Part shown: positions 22,838 to 36,989 of the stretch, piece by piece | How positions within the stretch are numbered: position 1 is the first letter of the stretch | Layout: each line of letters opens with the position of its first letter | Source: Ascidiella aspersa | Taxonomy: Eukaryota | DNA length: 64,000 bases | Direction of reading: 5' to 3' | NCBI GenBank assembly: GCA_963924565.1 | Contig: OZ004607.1 | Coordinates: forward strand, 32,984,001 to 33,048,000 | The notes under the pieces: generated by a model | The model's input: the letters and a program-made list of their open reading frames with translations, nothing else | Database searches by the model: none | What the model was told of the DNA's origin: nothing | Position numbers and translations under genes: made by a program

Positions 22838-25085
22838 ATTTAAAAAAGCACTTTCTTATGGATTTTGGCTTTTTTCGATGTTGAAAATAAAGTAATTGAA
22901 ACGTTTAAAAATGCTACCTAATACTTATGTATGGGCTTGGATGTTCATTCTACTTTCTTATACACTTCGCTCAGCCGAGTAGCGATTACCAAACAAAGCT
23001 ATAAGATGACTATGTCTTAAAAAAGAGAAAAGTGTTGCTTTATAAAAATGGTAAAGTGTTTTTTAATTTTAAAAACTATAAATTACAAATTATTAATTTG
23101 GGCGATATTTATCAAACAAACAAAACAATAAGGTATTAATATTTGCAGAATAATTATAAGAAAAATTCGAACAAATTTGTCACGGTCGTCGTGGCTTAAC
23201 AATGCGACAAGCTTAAAAAAAAATTGATGAAATTAAAATGTTTAAATGTAATTTTCACTAAATTAAAAAGACAGAAGTTAATTAAGCGTTAAGGAACACA
23301 GTGGCCTGAATTTCATAATTGGCTTATATTCTCAAAAGTTTGGCTTTCAAAATCGAATTGGCTGCATTGGATCGCAAACAATGGCTAAAATGCTTCTAAC
23401 TTGCTTTCTCTAAAGGTCATTAGGGCGCAATTCGTAACTTGGGTTGTTAATTCACAATTTTACAGTAGTTTACCTTTCAAGCTAGAAAACGTTGAGTTTA
23501 GTAGATAAAAAGGCTATCATAAGTAAAAAGGCTAAATCATAATCATTAGCAAAAAGGCTAAATTAGTAGGTATTGGATCGGCACCCAAATAAACCTAGTA
23601 TCGGACGAGTACGGATACTTCCACATTTGGTTCTCTCTCATTGAACATCCTGAAACGCAGTTTGAGTGATTGAGCAAAGCGAGCGACTGAAAAATGCGTG
23701 ATTTCACTTAACGAGGAAAGCTATAGGTTAGTTATTTCCTGTGACGACGCTTTTTCCAATAAACGTTATTCAAATGTACCTCAGGCCGTTTCGTTTTGTG
23801 GAATTCTGTTGACATTTCTCGTCGGCGCCAATTCGATATGAACATGATTGAGCCATTTTAGTCATGGTTTGCGATCAAAGGCTGCTTTTCTACCTACATT
23901 ATTAATTTCCTGAGACCAAAATAAATGAAACAAAGATCTATATTTAAACATTCCAACGCTTAAGCAAACCTTGCCTTAATAACCTTGCCAAAATATCTAA
24001 GCTTATCACGTTTGAATTATTTTGCTTAGTGGGCCACATTAATACCTTATTTTGGAATCGGATCAAATTTGAATAAGGGCGGATCCGGGATTTGTGTTTT
24101 AAAACGGCATCAAAATTACATCTAAACGTGATTTCACAAACTATCAATAACAAAGCAACGTCAAAACTTGACGTTAAAAAGTAACGGCAACGAAGTATCA
24201 TCAAAACGTCAAGTCTCAAGTCATTTGCAAAAATAACTGAAGTCCAGTTTAAGTTATCTTCGATCAAGTCAAGTCTCCGTCTTAGTCATTAGTTACTCAA
24301 ATTAGGATCCACTCCAAGTCATTAGTTACCAATTCAAGCACAAAGCATTGTCCAAACAAATGAAGTACAAGTCGAGCATTTTAGTCAAAATAAAATATTG
24401 AATTATGGCCAACTTGAAATTGTGGTCCTTTGTCTCTTTGTCTCTGGGCTATATATTTATAAGCAAACAACAGAAAAGTAACATATTTCGGCAAACTCTT
24501 TTACAAGAATAATTTTTTGTGAAACACCAAACAAAAACTTATTTTATGAAAACGGCAAAAATGACGTCGAGTAATGTCATTTTACTCTAAAGACTTAAAA
24601 CAATGATTTAGGTGTACTTCATTACAATACCGATTTTGATGGTAATGGAGCTTACTTTGAAGCACATGATATTTTGCAACATAAGCTTAGTTCGGTTTTA
24701 CGAAAACTGCGCTAGTAGCAGCTTTCCATGGAACTTGTATTTAGCAATATGGTAAAAGGCTATACTCGACACTGCATTACTAAATTACTGGAAAGTCTTA
24801 CTCACATGTTTTTGTTTGCATCGTCGTCAGTGTAATGAGTAACAACTTCACCTCAGGCTAAACGGAAATATTTTTAAAACGGGCTCTACTATATCTAGAC
24901 GTAGAAGAAAAAGCAAAGCGTTACGAAATTAGAAAATCTTCTGTGAACGTTCCAAGTAATTTTTTCTAGGCGCTTAAGACAGTGTGGGCCTGCGCGAGGT
25001 TCGACAAGTTAAACTTAAGTTCAATTTGAGTTTACAGCGTTGGTTTTAGTGTTTTACTGCATGTGATAACTTTGACAGAGCAAGC

Positions 25086-28000
25086 ATGGTCGACCAAAAA
25101 GCTGTAGTCGGTTTATCGCTGTTTCTTTTGGCAATCAGCGTCCTACCAACGTTTTCCTTTGCCACTAACCAACAAGATTCAGGTTTGTAAAGGTACTTTG
25201 GGGGAGGCTAATTGCTGTTTGTTTTGGAATAATTTTAACAATGTTTGTTAAATGAGTCATTTTAAAAATTACCTAGCTCCTATTCAAATAATTTGTGTTA
25301 TACCTGAAGTACTCTAAGTCACGTCTTTCTAAAAAAGACAAGTCAAGTTGAAATTTGAAGTCTTGTCTTATCCAAGTTCAAGTCCCAGGCCAAGTCATTT
25401 TCAAGTGCAGTTTTTAGTTATTACATGACTGAAGGTCAATGGCTTGACTGAAGCGCAAAGTCGCTGTTTTCAAATTAATTGGCTTGACTTAAGTCTTTTA
25501 ATCAAAATGACTTGACTTAATATAGTTTTTTTTCCACAAAAGACAAATGACTATTCTTTGGACTTTTTGTCAATTATATTGGATTAAAAGTAAATGTTTT
25601 ATAGTTTATAGTTTTCAATAACTGTGTCTTATTTATCTCAATTTGTGCACTTTAAGCAATTTACTTGCTGTAAATTACTTTAATATGCTATTTTTAGGTG
25701 TGTTATTGCTCATGATCGGACGACTTTAGACTTGACTTGGACTTCAGTTGTTTTTAAATTACTCGACTGGGACATAAGTCCTTTTAAAATGCCTTGTTCA
25801 CAATGCAGTGTTCCTTGGAAAAGAGCAAGCATCGGCATTTCTCAAGAGAAGTAGGCCTAAGAGCTTTTTGTGGGAAACCATTGTAGACACTGGATCCGAG
25901 TTTTTAGCGGAAGCCAATTTTAAACAGGAATGCTTAGTGGAAATGTGCACACAAGTGGAAATCGCAGATATTTGGGATTCAACGACGAAACAGGTAAGTT
26001 GAAGACATATTGTTACCTCTTAACCAAATGGGTTTAAATCATGGTTACGGAGTCGGTTTAAAATAACCCGAGTCCGACTCCTAATTAAAAATACTGTAAT
26101 GGATTTGTTCGATATTACAGATGTTGTAATGACTTAAGTCACTGTTTTTAAATTAAAAAACTTGACTTATGTCTTTCAGGAAAACTACTTGACTTGATGT
26201 AAGTCTTTTGGACAAATGATTTAGCCTACTTGACACCCATTTAAAGAAACTTTTTGGGTTGAAGCATTTTTTTTATAAAATGTGGCTATTTAGGTTAATT
26301 GTTTGCATAAAATAGATCGATTGGTATATAATGTGTTTTTTATTTTTTAAGAGTTGTTACCCATAAGAACGAGTCTACCATTTTTATTAGTTTAATTTTT
26401 ATGACAAGAACTAGAAGTGAAATTGAATTGCTCTAATAACGACTTGACTGGGACTTAAGTCATTTTGAAATGACTTGTTTACAACACCGGATGTTACGTG
26501 CTGCCTTCATAAAATTCTTACCAAACTCATTTACTGTTTAGGCCAACATGTTGCATCATACAAAGGAAACAAACTACAATAAAATATTTTTACTATTTTG
26601 GCCCAAAGGCATGTTGTTATTTACTATACCGCGTGAAAGTTTATTCAATGTTGGTTTGTTTTTAGACTGAGATGTGGAATTCCCTTCACAGTAAGTATAC
26701 ATTGTATGTTGCCTATATTACTGCCAAAATGTATTACTCAGGGGTCTGAAACTTGGTATTTTTTAGCGGGGTCCATGGCTGAAAAGACTTGTAAATCACT
26801 GATTTCTTTTGTTTTCCACAGACCACTGCACCCGCCTCAATCCTTGCAGTTCAACGGGAACGAGTTCTTGCACCAACAAATTTAACGGTTATACTTGTTA
26901 CTGCAACGCAGGTTATACTGGAACAACTTGCACTGGAGGTAACTGGAAATTAAGAAAAAAAAATGTAATCTTTTCTAACGTAGGATATATTTAAAAAAAA
27001 TTTAAAAATAACCAAATTTACTTTGATTACACACAGCCCTAATTAAAATGGCGATAAACAAAACGATTCTGATTGTACATTGAGTGAGTATAAAACCTAG
27101 AAACTAGTGAATAAGATATTGACAATTAGGTTCTGCTTGAATTACTTTACGCTTGAACGTTTTTATTTTGTTATGTATGCTTTTTATTACCCTGATAATG
27201 CTTTGATTTGGCATTAGTTAGAATTGGCGATACTTTAAAAAAAATGGATATCGGTATAGGAACCATATACGAACTATCGGACAGTCCTATTCGAAATGAT
27301 ATGCTACTTAAAAAATTAGGAAAACTACCCGTTAGCACAGTGCGGATCATAAAAAAACTCAAGTTTGATCTAACAGTTTAAAGTTTATAAACAGCTTTAA
27401 TTTTATTGCTAGTCTAAATTAGAAACCGCCAGATCTGATCATACTAAACGAATTTTGTGAATCGCTTTAATTGTAATAATATAATTTAAAAATCCCCAAG
27501 TTTGGTCGTACTCTATGGATGTTATTACCGTGTAGATGTGGACGAGTGTTCAACGGTGAGTTGTGGGAATGGAAGGTGTGTGAACACTCATGGCTCATAT
27601 TACTGCTCGTGCAACAGCGGGTGGACAGGGACAACATGTCGAAACGGTAAGGGCGTCTCTGTAGGACTGTTTTCTTAACCCTTCTATATCAACTGCAGAC
27701 CCTTTAAAAATGTGCTCGCGCGCAGAAATTCTGTGCGAATATAATTCTGCGGTATACCGGTATTTGTCTGTAATTGCTTGGAGCTTTTCGCTGTAACATT
27801 ATCTTAAAAATTGTACTTGTTAAATACTATAAGCTAAAAAAAGATTGACAAACTTTAATTTTAAAATATTTCAAATTATAAAAATACAAAGCACAATATT
27901 TGATTGAAGAAACAATCATGAAACCCGGTTCAGCAAGATATAACACTGTTCTACATATCGATATATCCAGTCTGTTATTTTGAAATGTCCTGCCTGTTAA

Positions 28001-31000
28001 GTCTAAAAAATATCAAAAAAGAGTAATCACAGGCAGGTCTGTTGAACGAATACCTCCCAACGCGTATGTCAAGTTAGACAAGAGCAATCTTAATATTGCC
28101 CTAAGTGTTTTCGGCATTTTCTCTGTAGTGGCTGAAAATAAACCAGTTTCACACCTGGAGGAAGTGCACTTGAAATGAATACCAATTCTCATTCGGCCGA
28201 GAAGTGTTTTAGTTTGCTTTTCGTTTAATTTGAAACAAAAAATCTACTTACTTACCTATCGAATTCCAATAAAGGCAGACAAATTATAACCTTTCAGACG
28301 TGAACGAGTGTCACACAGGATCGAACTGTGTTCACGGATCTTGCTCCAACACGCCAGGATCGTATAGTTGCAGCTGTCAGCTGGGTTGGACTGGGGTGAA
28401 GTGTAACTACGGTAGGTGGTCTTTAATTTTAACAATATATATACCACGGATAGTATTAAAGGTAAACCAACGGACCTCATTTAGCAAAAAGTTTAACTTT
28501 TAAAGTAACTATAGATTTAGGGGAATAACAACGTCAACATTTCGAGCCAAACATGCTACGACAGTGGTCTCCAACCTTTTTGGCTAATAACACCCTACAT
28601 AAAATAACAATAGTTTTCTTTAAACCACTTTTGCTAGCATTTTTTAAGGATTTACTGTAAGGTTACAATAAACGAAGTTTAAAAGTTATTAATTTGTTGC
28701 ATTTCAAACTCAAGCAAATTATATCACAAGGCCTAACTTACCTGCTCTCTAGTGGAAACAGATTGTCAGAGAACTGGGCTTAGACAACTACTGATCTGGC
28801 ATTCTCGGCTCCTTCTTGGCCAATGGGAAGAACCCAGCAACAACCCTTACTTTCTTTACTTTACTTCGTTTAAGTCCTCAACCTTAAAGTTAAACAATGG
28901 AGGAAAAATTGAAATCCTGAAGAACTCGAAATATCACACACCACCCTTGATCCTTAGAAACGGGACCTCCTCTAGGATCCACAGGGTTAAATAGGGAAGC
29001 CCGAAATCGTGAGAAAGGCTGTGTTTTTGTGTTTGATCCAGTTTTATTTCTTTCCAGATGTTAACGAGTGTGCGATCAGTTCGACCTGCGACCATGGCAG
29101 TTGCGTCAACTCGCAAGGATCGTACAAGTGTAACTGCAATCAAGGCTGGCAGGGAACGAAATGCATTAGCGGTGCGTGTATACCGGCTTTATTCTCAAGT
29201 AGAGTTTAACAAATACATGGCAGGGCGAACTACCAAGAAGGTGTTAAAAAGATATAAGATATATTAGAAGTTTTCATAAAATGCTACGTAGGTATATTAA
29301 TTGGCTTTGATATTCATTCTGCGGCTTATTGCAACATAGAGCAATTATCTTAGGATTTACTCCAAACGCTAACAAAATACTATAGTTACTTCTGAATGTG
29401 TTATCATATATATTCTACGTCTAACGACTACCTTCAGACTTCTTTTAAGATTTTTTTGAAACGCTTACGAAATGCCATCTAATTTTGTATGGGCTTTATA
29501 TTTATTCCACGACCAACTACAATTAACGTACGGCCATTGACTTAATATTTATTCGCAACGTTAACAAACTTTTGTAAGTGCTTTCAACTTCATTCTACTT
29601 TAACTCTAAAAAGTTAATTGAAATGTTCACAAAATTTGGGATTGTGGTTTGATATTCATTCAACGTCTACTTGCTTATCTTTAGACGTCGACGAATGCCT
29701 GACGAGTTCTAATTGCGTACACGGCAATTGTTCCAACTCAAAAGGTTCTTACAGCTGCAACTGCCAGCAAGAATGGACAGGAGAAAAATGTGACAAAGGT
29801 TGAATGCTCGTTTTGTATGCTGAACATTCATAAGCTTACAGAAAAAAACTTTAATTTTGGACTCCATCTTTTGTCTTTCAGACGTGAATGAATGCCTTGT
29901 GACTTCGAATTGTGTCCATGGAAATTGTTTAAACACAGAGGGTTCGTACAACTGCAGTTGTAGCCCGGAATGGAAGGGGAGTAAATGTGATACAGGTATA
30001 GATGGTGTTAGGTGTTTGTCAACACAGTAAACGCCTAAATTGGTTAATTGCCATAAGCTTATAATCTCAAAGTTCTTATTATCATTAGGAAAACAGCGGC
30101 TTTAGTTATAAATACTCACTAGACAGTAGGATATTTAAATAGGTGACCGAAATATAACAAACGAAGCCGCTACTAATGGACCATCTTAATATTTAATTAG
30201 GCCGCATAATTATATAATGTTTTTTGGCCTGATACTTGGCAGTAATGGCGCGATCGAGGCCAATTAAACGTTTACTTGTTAAACGTTAAGTTTATTTTCT
30301 GAAATTAATAATTTGTTTTCGATTTAAAATAATTGCGATATTAACAACTACAAACAAAACTGTATTACAAAGTTAGGAAATTTGGTAAATTTTAGAAACA
30401 AAGTTTATCCAAGCAAACAAAAGTAATTGACGAAACAAGGTTTTGTAAGCTTTGTATGTGTATTCACAACAGAATCTGGCCCTCCAACAGAACACATAAT
30501 GCCGACGATAAAAGTTCTAAAATTTATTAATAAAAGCTTGAGAAGCACACCGCTCCGAACAAAAATCAGTCAGAAAGGTCTAAAACTTTAATAAAAATAT
30601 GCATTTCGCCATATAAATGGCATCATCAGTTTGTCTGTACAAATAAATAGTAAAAAATTGAAATATTAAAATGTAAAATAAGTTAATAAAATACATCCAA
30701 GGTGAACAAAGACAAAGACAGTACAAGGTGTAACGGTCGTGGCTGCACCTAAGCGACCTATGTAGCCTGGCCTACATCAACCGTTGCATGGGTGTTTTTT
30801 GTTGGAATACACGGCTATGGCAGACGGGCATTTACAGCATAACATTAACAGAACTCAAGATATTCGTAACTTAGCACAAACAATATTAATCCTAATTAAA
30901 TGGCTTTTTACTTTTATATTGACGACAAGGAAATATAGCCACAATAAATGTACGTACCAACTTGTTAGGGATCCAGGATTAACTTGGATATAATCAGTCA

Positions 31001-34000
31001 CGGCTAGGTTTCAATTGCAATTTAAAGTTTGTAATCAATTACTAAACAAACAATAAACGTAATATTATTAACTTCTTACAAATTCTAAGCTTAATACGAC
31101 TTGTCAATACAACTAACTAGTACAGAAAAACCCAATTTACAGTTAGCAACTAAAAGTTAAGAACTTGCGGCATGTGCTTTTTGCTAGCAACATTTGAGAA
31201 ACTAGATGAGAAAAACCGAAACATTGTGACGTCATCAACATAGAAATTAAACAACGTTTCTCGCTGTAACACAAGGTTTTGTAGACGATAAAGTAACTTT
31301 TTTATTGTTGTGCACACTTTTAAGAAAAGCAATCACACAGGGCAACTAAGCTTTATTAACCGTACCTAGGACCATATATTTTAAATTTTTAGATGTGGAC
31401 GAATGCCTGAACAGTTCTAAATGCGTCCACGGAAACTGCACTAACTCCCCAGGATCTTATCGCTGCAATTGCAAAAAGGGATGGACTGGAGTAAAATGCG
31501 ACGAAGGTAGGTGATATATATTCAAAATGTATCGGAATTTGGTGTAATGTATCAATAATTTTGAAATAATGATGGCAGACAAGAATTTATTACTTAAGGA
31601 CAAATATTTAGAAGCTTTTAAGGGCGAAAAAATTTCACAAATTAAATTAAAATGTTTTAGATTAAAATTATTTTGGGTACAAAAAACGATTGGTTGACAC
31701 AATATCGAATTCAGTAATTACTAAGATCGAACAAAAGTTGAAACAATTTCTATAGATTAACTTTTTGCGAGGGTTAATATGTTTGAATGTATTTTTTCCA
31801 CCTTAAGATAAAACGCGCAAAAGCAAAGGTTTCGCAGGTTATTAAACCAAAGAGTTATATATTTTTTAGTTTACTATTTTCTAAGAATACTAACTTATAA
31901 GATAGAAAAGCTTTGTTCGATGGCAAACAATAGCTAAAAAAATAGCGATGTCAGCTTGGATTTAGTTGGGCATCGATATCAAAGTATTATCGGACGAGAA
32001 ACGATACTACAACTTGGTATCGGTTAGCGGTTCCTAACCAAAACTAACGCACATTTATGGTCAGATCATTATTTTTCTGAACTAAAAAACAGCTGAAATA
32101 TGAGGATATTGTTTCTTGTCGTACACCGAATAAAGATAATTGCAACGTATCATTAATAATAACAACTAAATCACTTATATTTAGATGTTAACGAGTGCTC
32201 AAAGGGCAATCCATGCATCCATGGCTGCTGCCAAAACGAACCGGGGACCTTCACTTGCGTCTGTAGTAGCGGATTTGAAGGAAAGCGTTGTGAAACAGGT
32301 AAACACCATTTGCCTGAGATAGTACAAATGCTAAGGGTCGGACATTTTTCGTTGCCTAAAGCAGTGTTGTAATGACTTAGGCCTAAGTCATAATGACTTG
32401 AATAAATTGCACTTAAGTCTCGGTTTTTAAATGAATTGACTTAAGTCTTTTGGGCAAATTACTTGAGTTGCCCCGACAGGGACTTGACTTGTTATTTATT
32501 CAAAATGACTTGACTTTGAATAAAGGCTTTTCACAAATAACTCGACTGGGGCTTAAGTCATTTTAAGTGACTTCTTTAAAACACTGGCTTAAAGTTGCGA
32601 ACCATTAAAAGACGATGATAATCTGTCGAAAAGATTTAAACAATCGATCTGACAATTTTGAATAGCTTTAAGCCTGTGGTCGCGGACCCCTACATTTTCC
32701 TAGTATAATATCTGGGGATAGTTCTTTATAATAATTCAGTATATCTGTGTAGTGCACTTTATGTTGAGCAAAGTAACAGACAACACCAAATTACTTGAAA
32801 ATGCGTGGCTGTGTTTTCAATAATGCTAGACGCATCACGCATGTCATCTTTGCAAACGATAGCATAAACCAAAATCCAGTACATGTGAACTGTTGTAATG
32901 CTGACTTTCAATTTACACTATATTCGTGTTACATCACAATGGAAATGTTACGTCACACTCGCGATTTACAACGGTACAATGTAATTTTATCATTCACCTA
33001 GATCAGGGGTCGGCAACCTTTTTCCAGTCGCGGGTCAAAACCAAACTCAGAAAGGTCTTAGCGGGCCGCACAAAGAGTTTGTGTTATTAACATGTTAGAA
33101 ATGTGAATCAGGCGGGCCTCGGATCGTTTTTTGCACGTATTGCGGACCCCCAGTGGTCCGTGGACCCCCGGTTGCGAACCACTGCTTTAAGCTGTGTTAA
33201 AATATCACTTCCTGGGCCTTTTCTGCCGATCAGATGTTAATTTTTGTTCTGCTGTTTCAAATCCTGATTTTAATTCAACAATAAATTACATTTTAACATC
33301 AAACGTTCGGAATCGGGTGTGTAACATTTTTTAATCTGGTTTCTTCACTAAGGATAATTTTGAATTGTCAAGAGAAGTACATCGGGAGCTTTCAACACAC
33401 TAACCGAAATCGGTTAATCATTTAAGATTTTTTGTGTAAGCAATTTTAGGTTAGAAAACTGGCCTGTGGTGCGGTTCGAATTCACGACCTCAAGCTTACT
33501 TCAATCCGTTAATACAAGGTTTTGCGTTAAAACAATGAGTAAGCGTGTTGTCTAAGATCAAATAAAACCCAAATGCCTTTACTTGAAGTGGATTTTTTTA
33601 TTGACATGTTTTTGTACAGAAACAAACGAGTGTGCTACGAACAAGTGTCCGAATGGAATGTCTTGTTTTGATGCTATCAATGGACACATGTGCATACAAG
33701 ACACGATAAGAGATGACATACTGCAAGGTATAAAACACTCGTTCCAAGATAGTTCCTAATTTTGCTTAGCTGTAATCCAAAATTTACAAAAACACGAACG
33801 ATAAATCATATATCTGTAGCTTATACTATCTGAGGCTTGTAAAGTTAGACATTTAAAAAGTATAGAAGGCCATATAGACGCAGATATAACATTTTGTGAA
33901 CGCTTTATAATCTTTATGTATTCTAACGTTTATTACCTAATCTTAACATCAGGAGCCATAAAATGTATTTTTATAAATATGTAAAGGACCTTAATTCGAA

Positions 34001-34393
34001 GAAATTCCCTTTTTAACAATAAACAAAGCCTTTTTTAATTCCAACCAATAAGCAAATTCATATCCAAGTGCAATTTCAAAAATGTTATTGGTGAACATAT
34101 TCTATAATTAATAAACTTCAAATATTTTTATTAGATATTAATCGGGTTAAACTATAGCTTTAATAATAATGAAAAAAGCTCCACTCTGGTAATCTGAAAA
34201 TATTACCAGAGCTGCTGTTTTTTTTATTAAGTTATGCCTGGTAGCAACTGTTATTGTAGGTTTGATGCTTTTAACAGAAACGAACGACTGCATTCCAAAC
34301 CCGTGTCCAAGCGGGACGAAATGCGTCGACGGATACAACATGTATTTGTGCGCCAAACCTGAGCAACAACTCTCCTGCCAAGACCAAAATTAG
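25086..34393 (+). CDS. Secreted Gla-like + EGF-repeat protein, copy B (13 exons, 480 aa)
   Basis: Exons 25086-25182, 25809-25993, 26666-26690, 26822-26938, 27536-27646, 28298-28411, 29058-29171, 29685-29798, 29882-29995, 31393-31506, 32185-32298, 33620-33727, 34278-34393. Frame intact. Propeptide ends RPKS instead of RPKR. Confidence 0.9.
30729..31271. mobile_element. Probable solo LTR (543 bp) in Gla-EGF copy B intron 9
   Basis: TG...CA termini (tgtaac...gtaaca) and 5-bp TSD caagg. Precise empty site in copy A (~17066). Confidence 0.8.
32674..33184. mobile_element. hAT/Charlie-like MITE (composite)
   Basis: 8-bp TSD ctttaagc; right end gaaccactg. Truncated version in A at 18481. Empty site in C (~54718). 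Confidence 0.7.
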
Positions 34394-35977
34394 GACGAGT
34401 TATGATCACAAACGTCAACAATTCTTGCGGAAAATAGCTTTACAAAATTGTACCAGAAAATGCGCTTTAATTCTGCTTTTTATTTGGGCTTGTCAAGGCC
34501 TAACAAATATTACGAGAAACAATTCACCAGGATTTCATTGATCACTGGTGGAATCGTATAAGTGGTTTATGTTGCGCGCGATTGAATAATTGCGATGTAT
34601 ATTACAGTCGTCCTGAAAGTGTGCATAAAACTTTTGCTTTATTTCCGGCGTTTTTATTATATGTCTTGTGGTCAGCTATTTCAACCGCAACAAATAGTAA
34701 AAACAGCAGCGGTGGATCGCTTTATGGCAAAATACAGAATGCGAAAATGTGGAGCAATGAAAGAGGTTAAAGTTATGTATCGATTTGAGCCCTTTTGGAA
34801 CAATAAAGCGTAAGCAAGATTGTTCAATCATAGCTGGTATAAATCTGATATATGTCATATAGAGAAATTAAAAAATACTGCAAAAAATTGAAACGGATTA
34901 AGCATTTCTTGCGTGTAAGCTTTACAAAACAATTCAAAGTTGTTGTTTTTAAATTATATCGAAAACAAATTGTTCAGCTTTAAGTTGGTTGTTGCGTAAG
35001 CTGGATCAATAAAAAATAAGTATAAGAAACATATGTCAGACTGTTATAGTAAAATACATTTGTCGCAATACGACCGAAATCAAACATCAACGCCGTAGTA
35101 AAATAGATCGGTATATGGTCAAAATAGAGCCGGTAGCTGATAGTCGGGATAAGGTCCAAATCGAAAAAGAGGTAAATCTGTCATTATGAAACTTAAACTA
35201 TTTGAATAACCTTTTACCTAACCTCAAACCCCGCCACAACTTCACCTCCATCTGCTTAATCCTAACTTACTCCGCTGTTATATAGTTTGAACTGGTCGTT
35301 CTTTCATCAAGTATTACAATTCTAACCACCCCAATGACTCGCGAGTATGTCACGCAACCTGAGTTATTGGAGATAAAAAGCGTCAGTTAGAACACCCTTC
35401 TATTGAATAAACAATAAACAGTATTCAACTAACTTCAAACTGAGCCCCACAGATGCCCAGACGTCGATATTAAGACGGCCGGGTCCAAAACGGCGGTGTA
35501 AAATCGTCCGATACGCTTTCCGTACTGTTTTACATGTTGTTTAGGCCTTCGAAATGCTATTCTGTTCACTTTAGGACGTAATCCGACTATAGTTTAGGCC
35601 TTGTTCCATTTAGGTGTTTACCATAGTTACTGCGTTTTGGTTTTGTTATTCCCTTGGTTTAACACTGTGGTATTATGCTTAATTCCGCATGAGGTATTGT
35701 TGCCTTATAGGTCTTACTGTGTGTTTTCCAAAGAAGCAATTTGCCTTGCACCATATTCCAACCACACCGATTTAGCAAATCCACAACCGCCCACAGTTGA
35801 TGTCGGATTAACGCCGGTTGAAATAATAACAAACGGCCTTGGAATAGCGAGTTGAGAGCCACTTCAGGCATATAGCAGTGATAACATTGCACATGTATTG
35901 CAACGTGTTGCTCTCAGGCTTGGGTGGCAATATAACTAGTAATCTACGCACTTGTGAGCCTGTAGAAGCCCTACAAT

Positions 35978-36251
35978 ATGCAGAAAACTGTGGTCGAGGT
36001 GTTCTTTGTTTTGGCCGTCTTGGTCTGTTTCGCAAATTCCGAAAAACAACTGCCCATGGTAAAAAGTGCAGTAAGTAAGATTTTGAAAAGTTTCAGGCGA
36101 GCTGCATTTGTTGAACACTTGTTCTATCCAATTCGCAGGTTTACTTTGAAATTTCCATCGGCGGTAAGGTGCAAAAGGATCGCCTCGTCATCGGTTTGAC
36201 GATATTGTGCCGAAAACTACAAAGAACTTTCGAGAACTTTGCACAAAAGAG
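35978..36251 (+). pseudogene. Truncated cyclophilin B pseudogene (exons 1-2 only)
   Basis: Copy of 58593-58870. Exon 1 35978-36070. Exon 2 starts at 36139, carries a 4-nt frameshifting deletion (ggtttgacgat vs ggattgttcgacgat) and has lost its splice donor. Exons 3-5 are absent. Confidence 0.88.
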
Positions 36252-36297
36252 ATTGCCTAATCAAAAAGAGAAATTGCCTAATTATTAAAGTATAGAT

Positions 36298-36791
36298 CAG
36301 GGGTGTCCAACAAGCAAATGTGGCACGCGACCTAATAAAAAATGGCACGCAAGCCCTCCCCAAATAATAAAATTATTATTTAGCCAATTGCCAAAAAAGC
36401 TCAATTTGTTATTCAGCCAATTGTCAGAAAATACTAAGTTTGTTATACAGCCAATTGTCATTGTTTGTTCACAATATAAAATAATCGCGGCGATCACGAC
36501 AACCAACAATTACTTCTGATATAGTAACATTATACTGTGTGGAGGCTATAGCATTCACATAATATTATATAGCTTGGTGTGAAGAAACAAAAGCTCACCG
36601 AGAGACAATTTTGATGCAGTGATGTGCATTTCTACTAGACAGTTTTTTTTTAGTTTAAATAAACGTTTTTATTTTTGGTAAAAAAGCGCTTTTATGATTA
36701 AAAAGAATTGGTTCGGTTACGAAACTTTGGCACGGGAAGAAGTTATAAGATAAAAATTGGCACGCCGGCATGTTTGAGTTGGACACCCCTG
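36298..36791. mobile_element. hAT/Charlie-like MITE (494 bp)
   Basis: TIR caggggtgtccaac / gttggacacccctg and perfect 8-bp TSD gtatagat. Empty site in C (~58910). Confidence 0.88.
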
Positions 36792-36989
36792 GTATAGATC
36801 CATGTGGTACATAAAGGACGCACAGCTCTAAAAAAATCCATTGTTTCATCGGTCGCTTGTTTTTCTTATAGAAATAAAAATATAGCTAAACGATTATCTT
36901 TTCATTCGTTAAACATAAACTATATTATTTTAGAGAATGAAAGTAAAGTACTAAATAAATTGTACAGGATTTTTCGTGTTTAACTTCAC

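Larger units (their letters stand above)
21086..36980 (+). repeat. Segmental duplication copy B of the block (copy A ~1-20900; copy C ~37900-59098)
   Basis: Collinear high identity across exons, introns and intergenic DNA. Left breakpoint ~234 nt upstream of the KDEL-gene ATG. Right breakpoint after ttttcgtgtt (36980, equivalent to 59098 in C). Confidence 0.9.
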
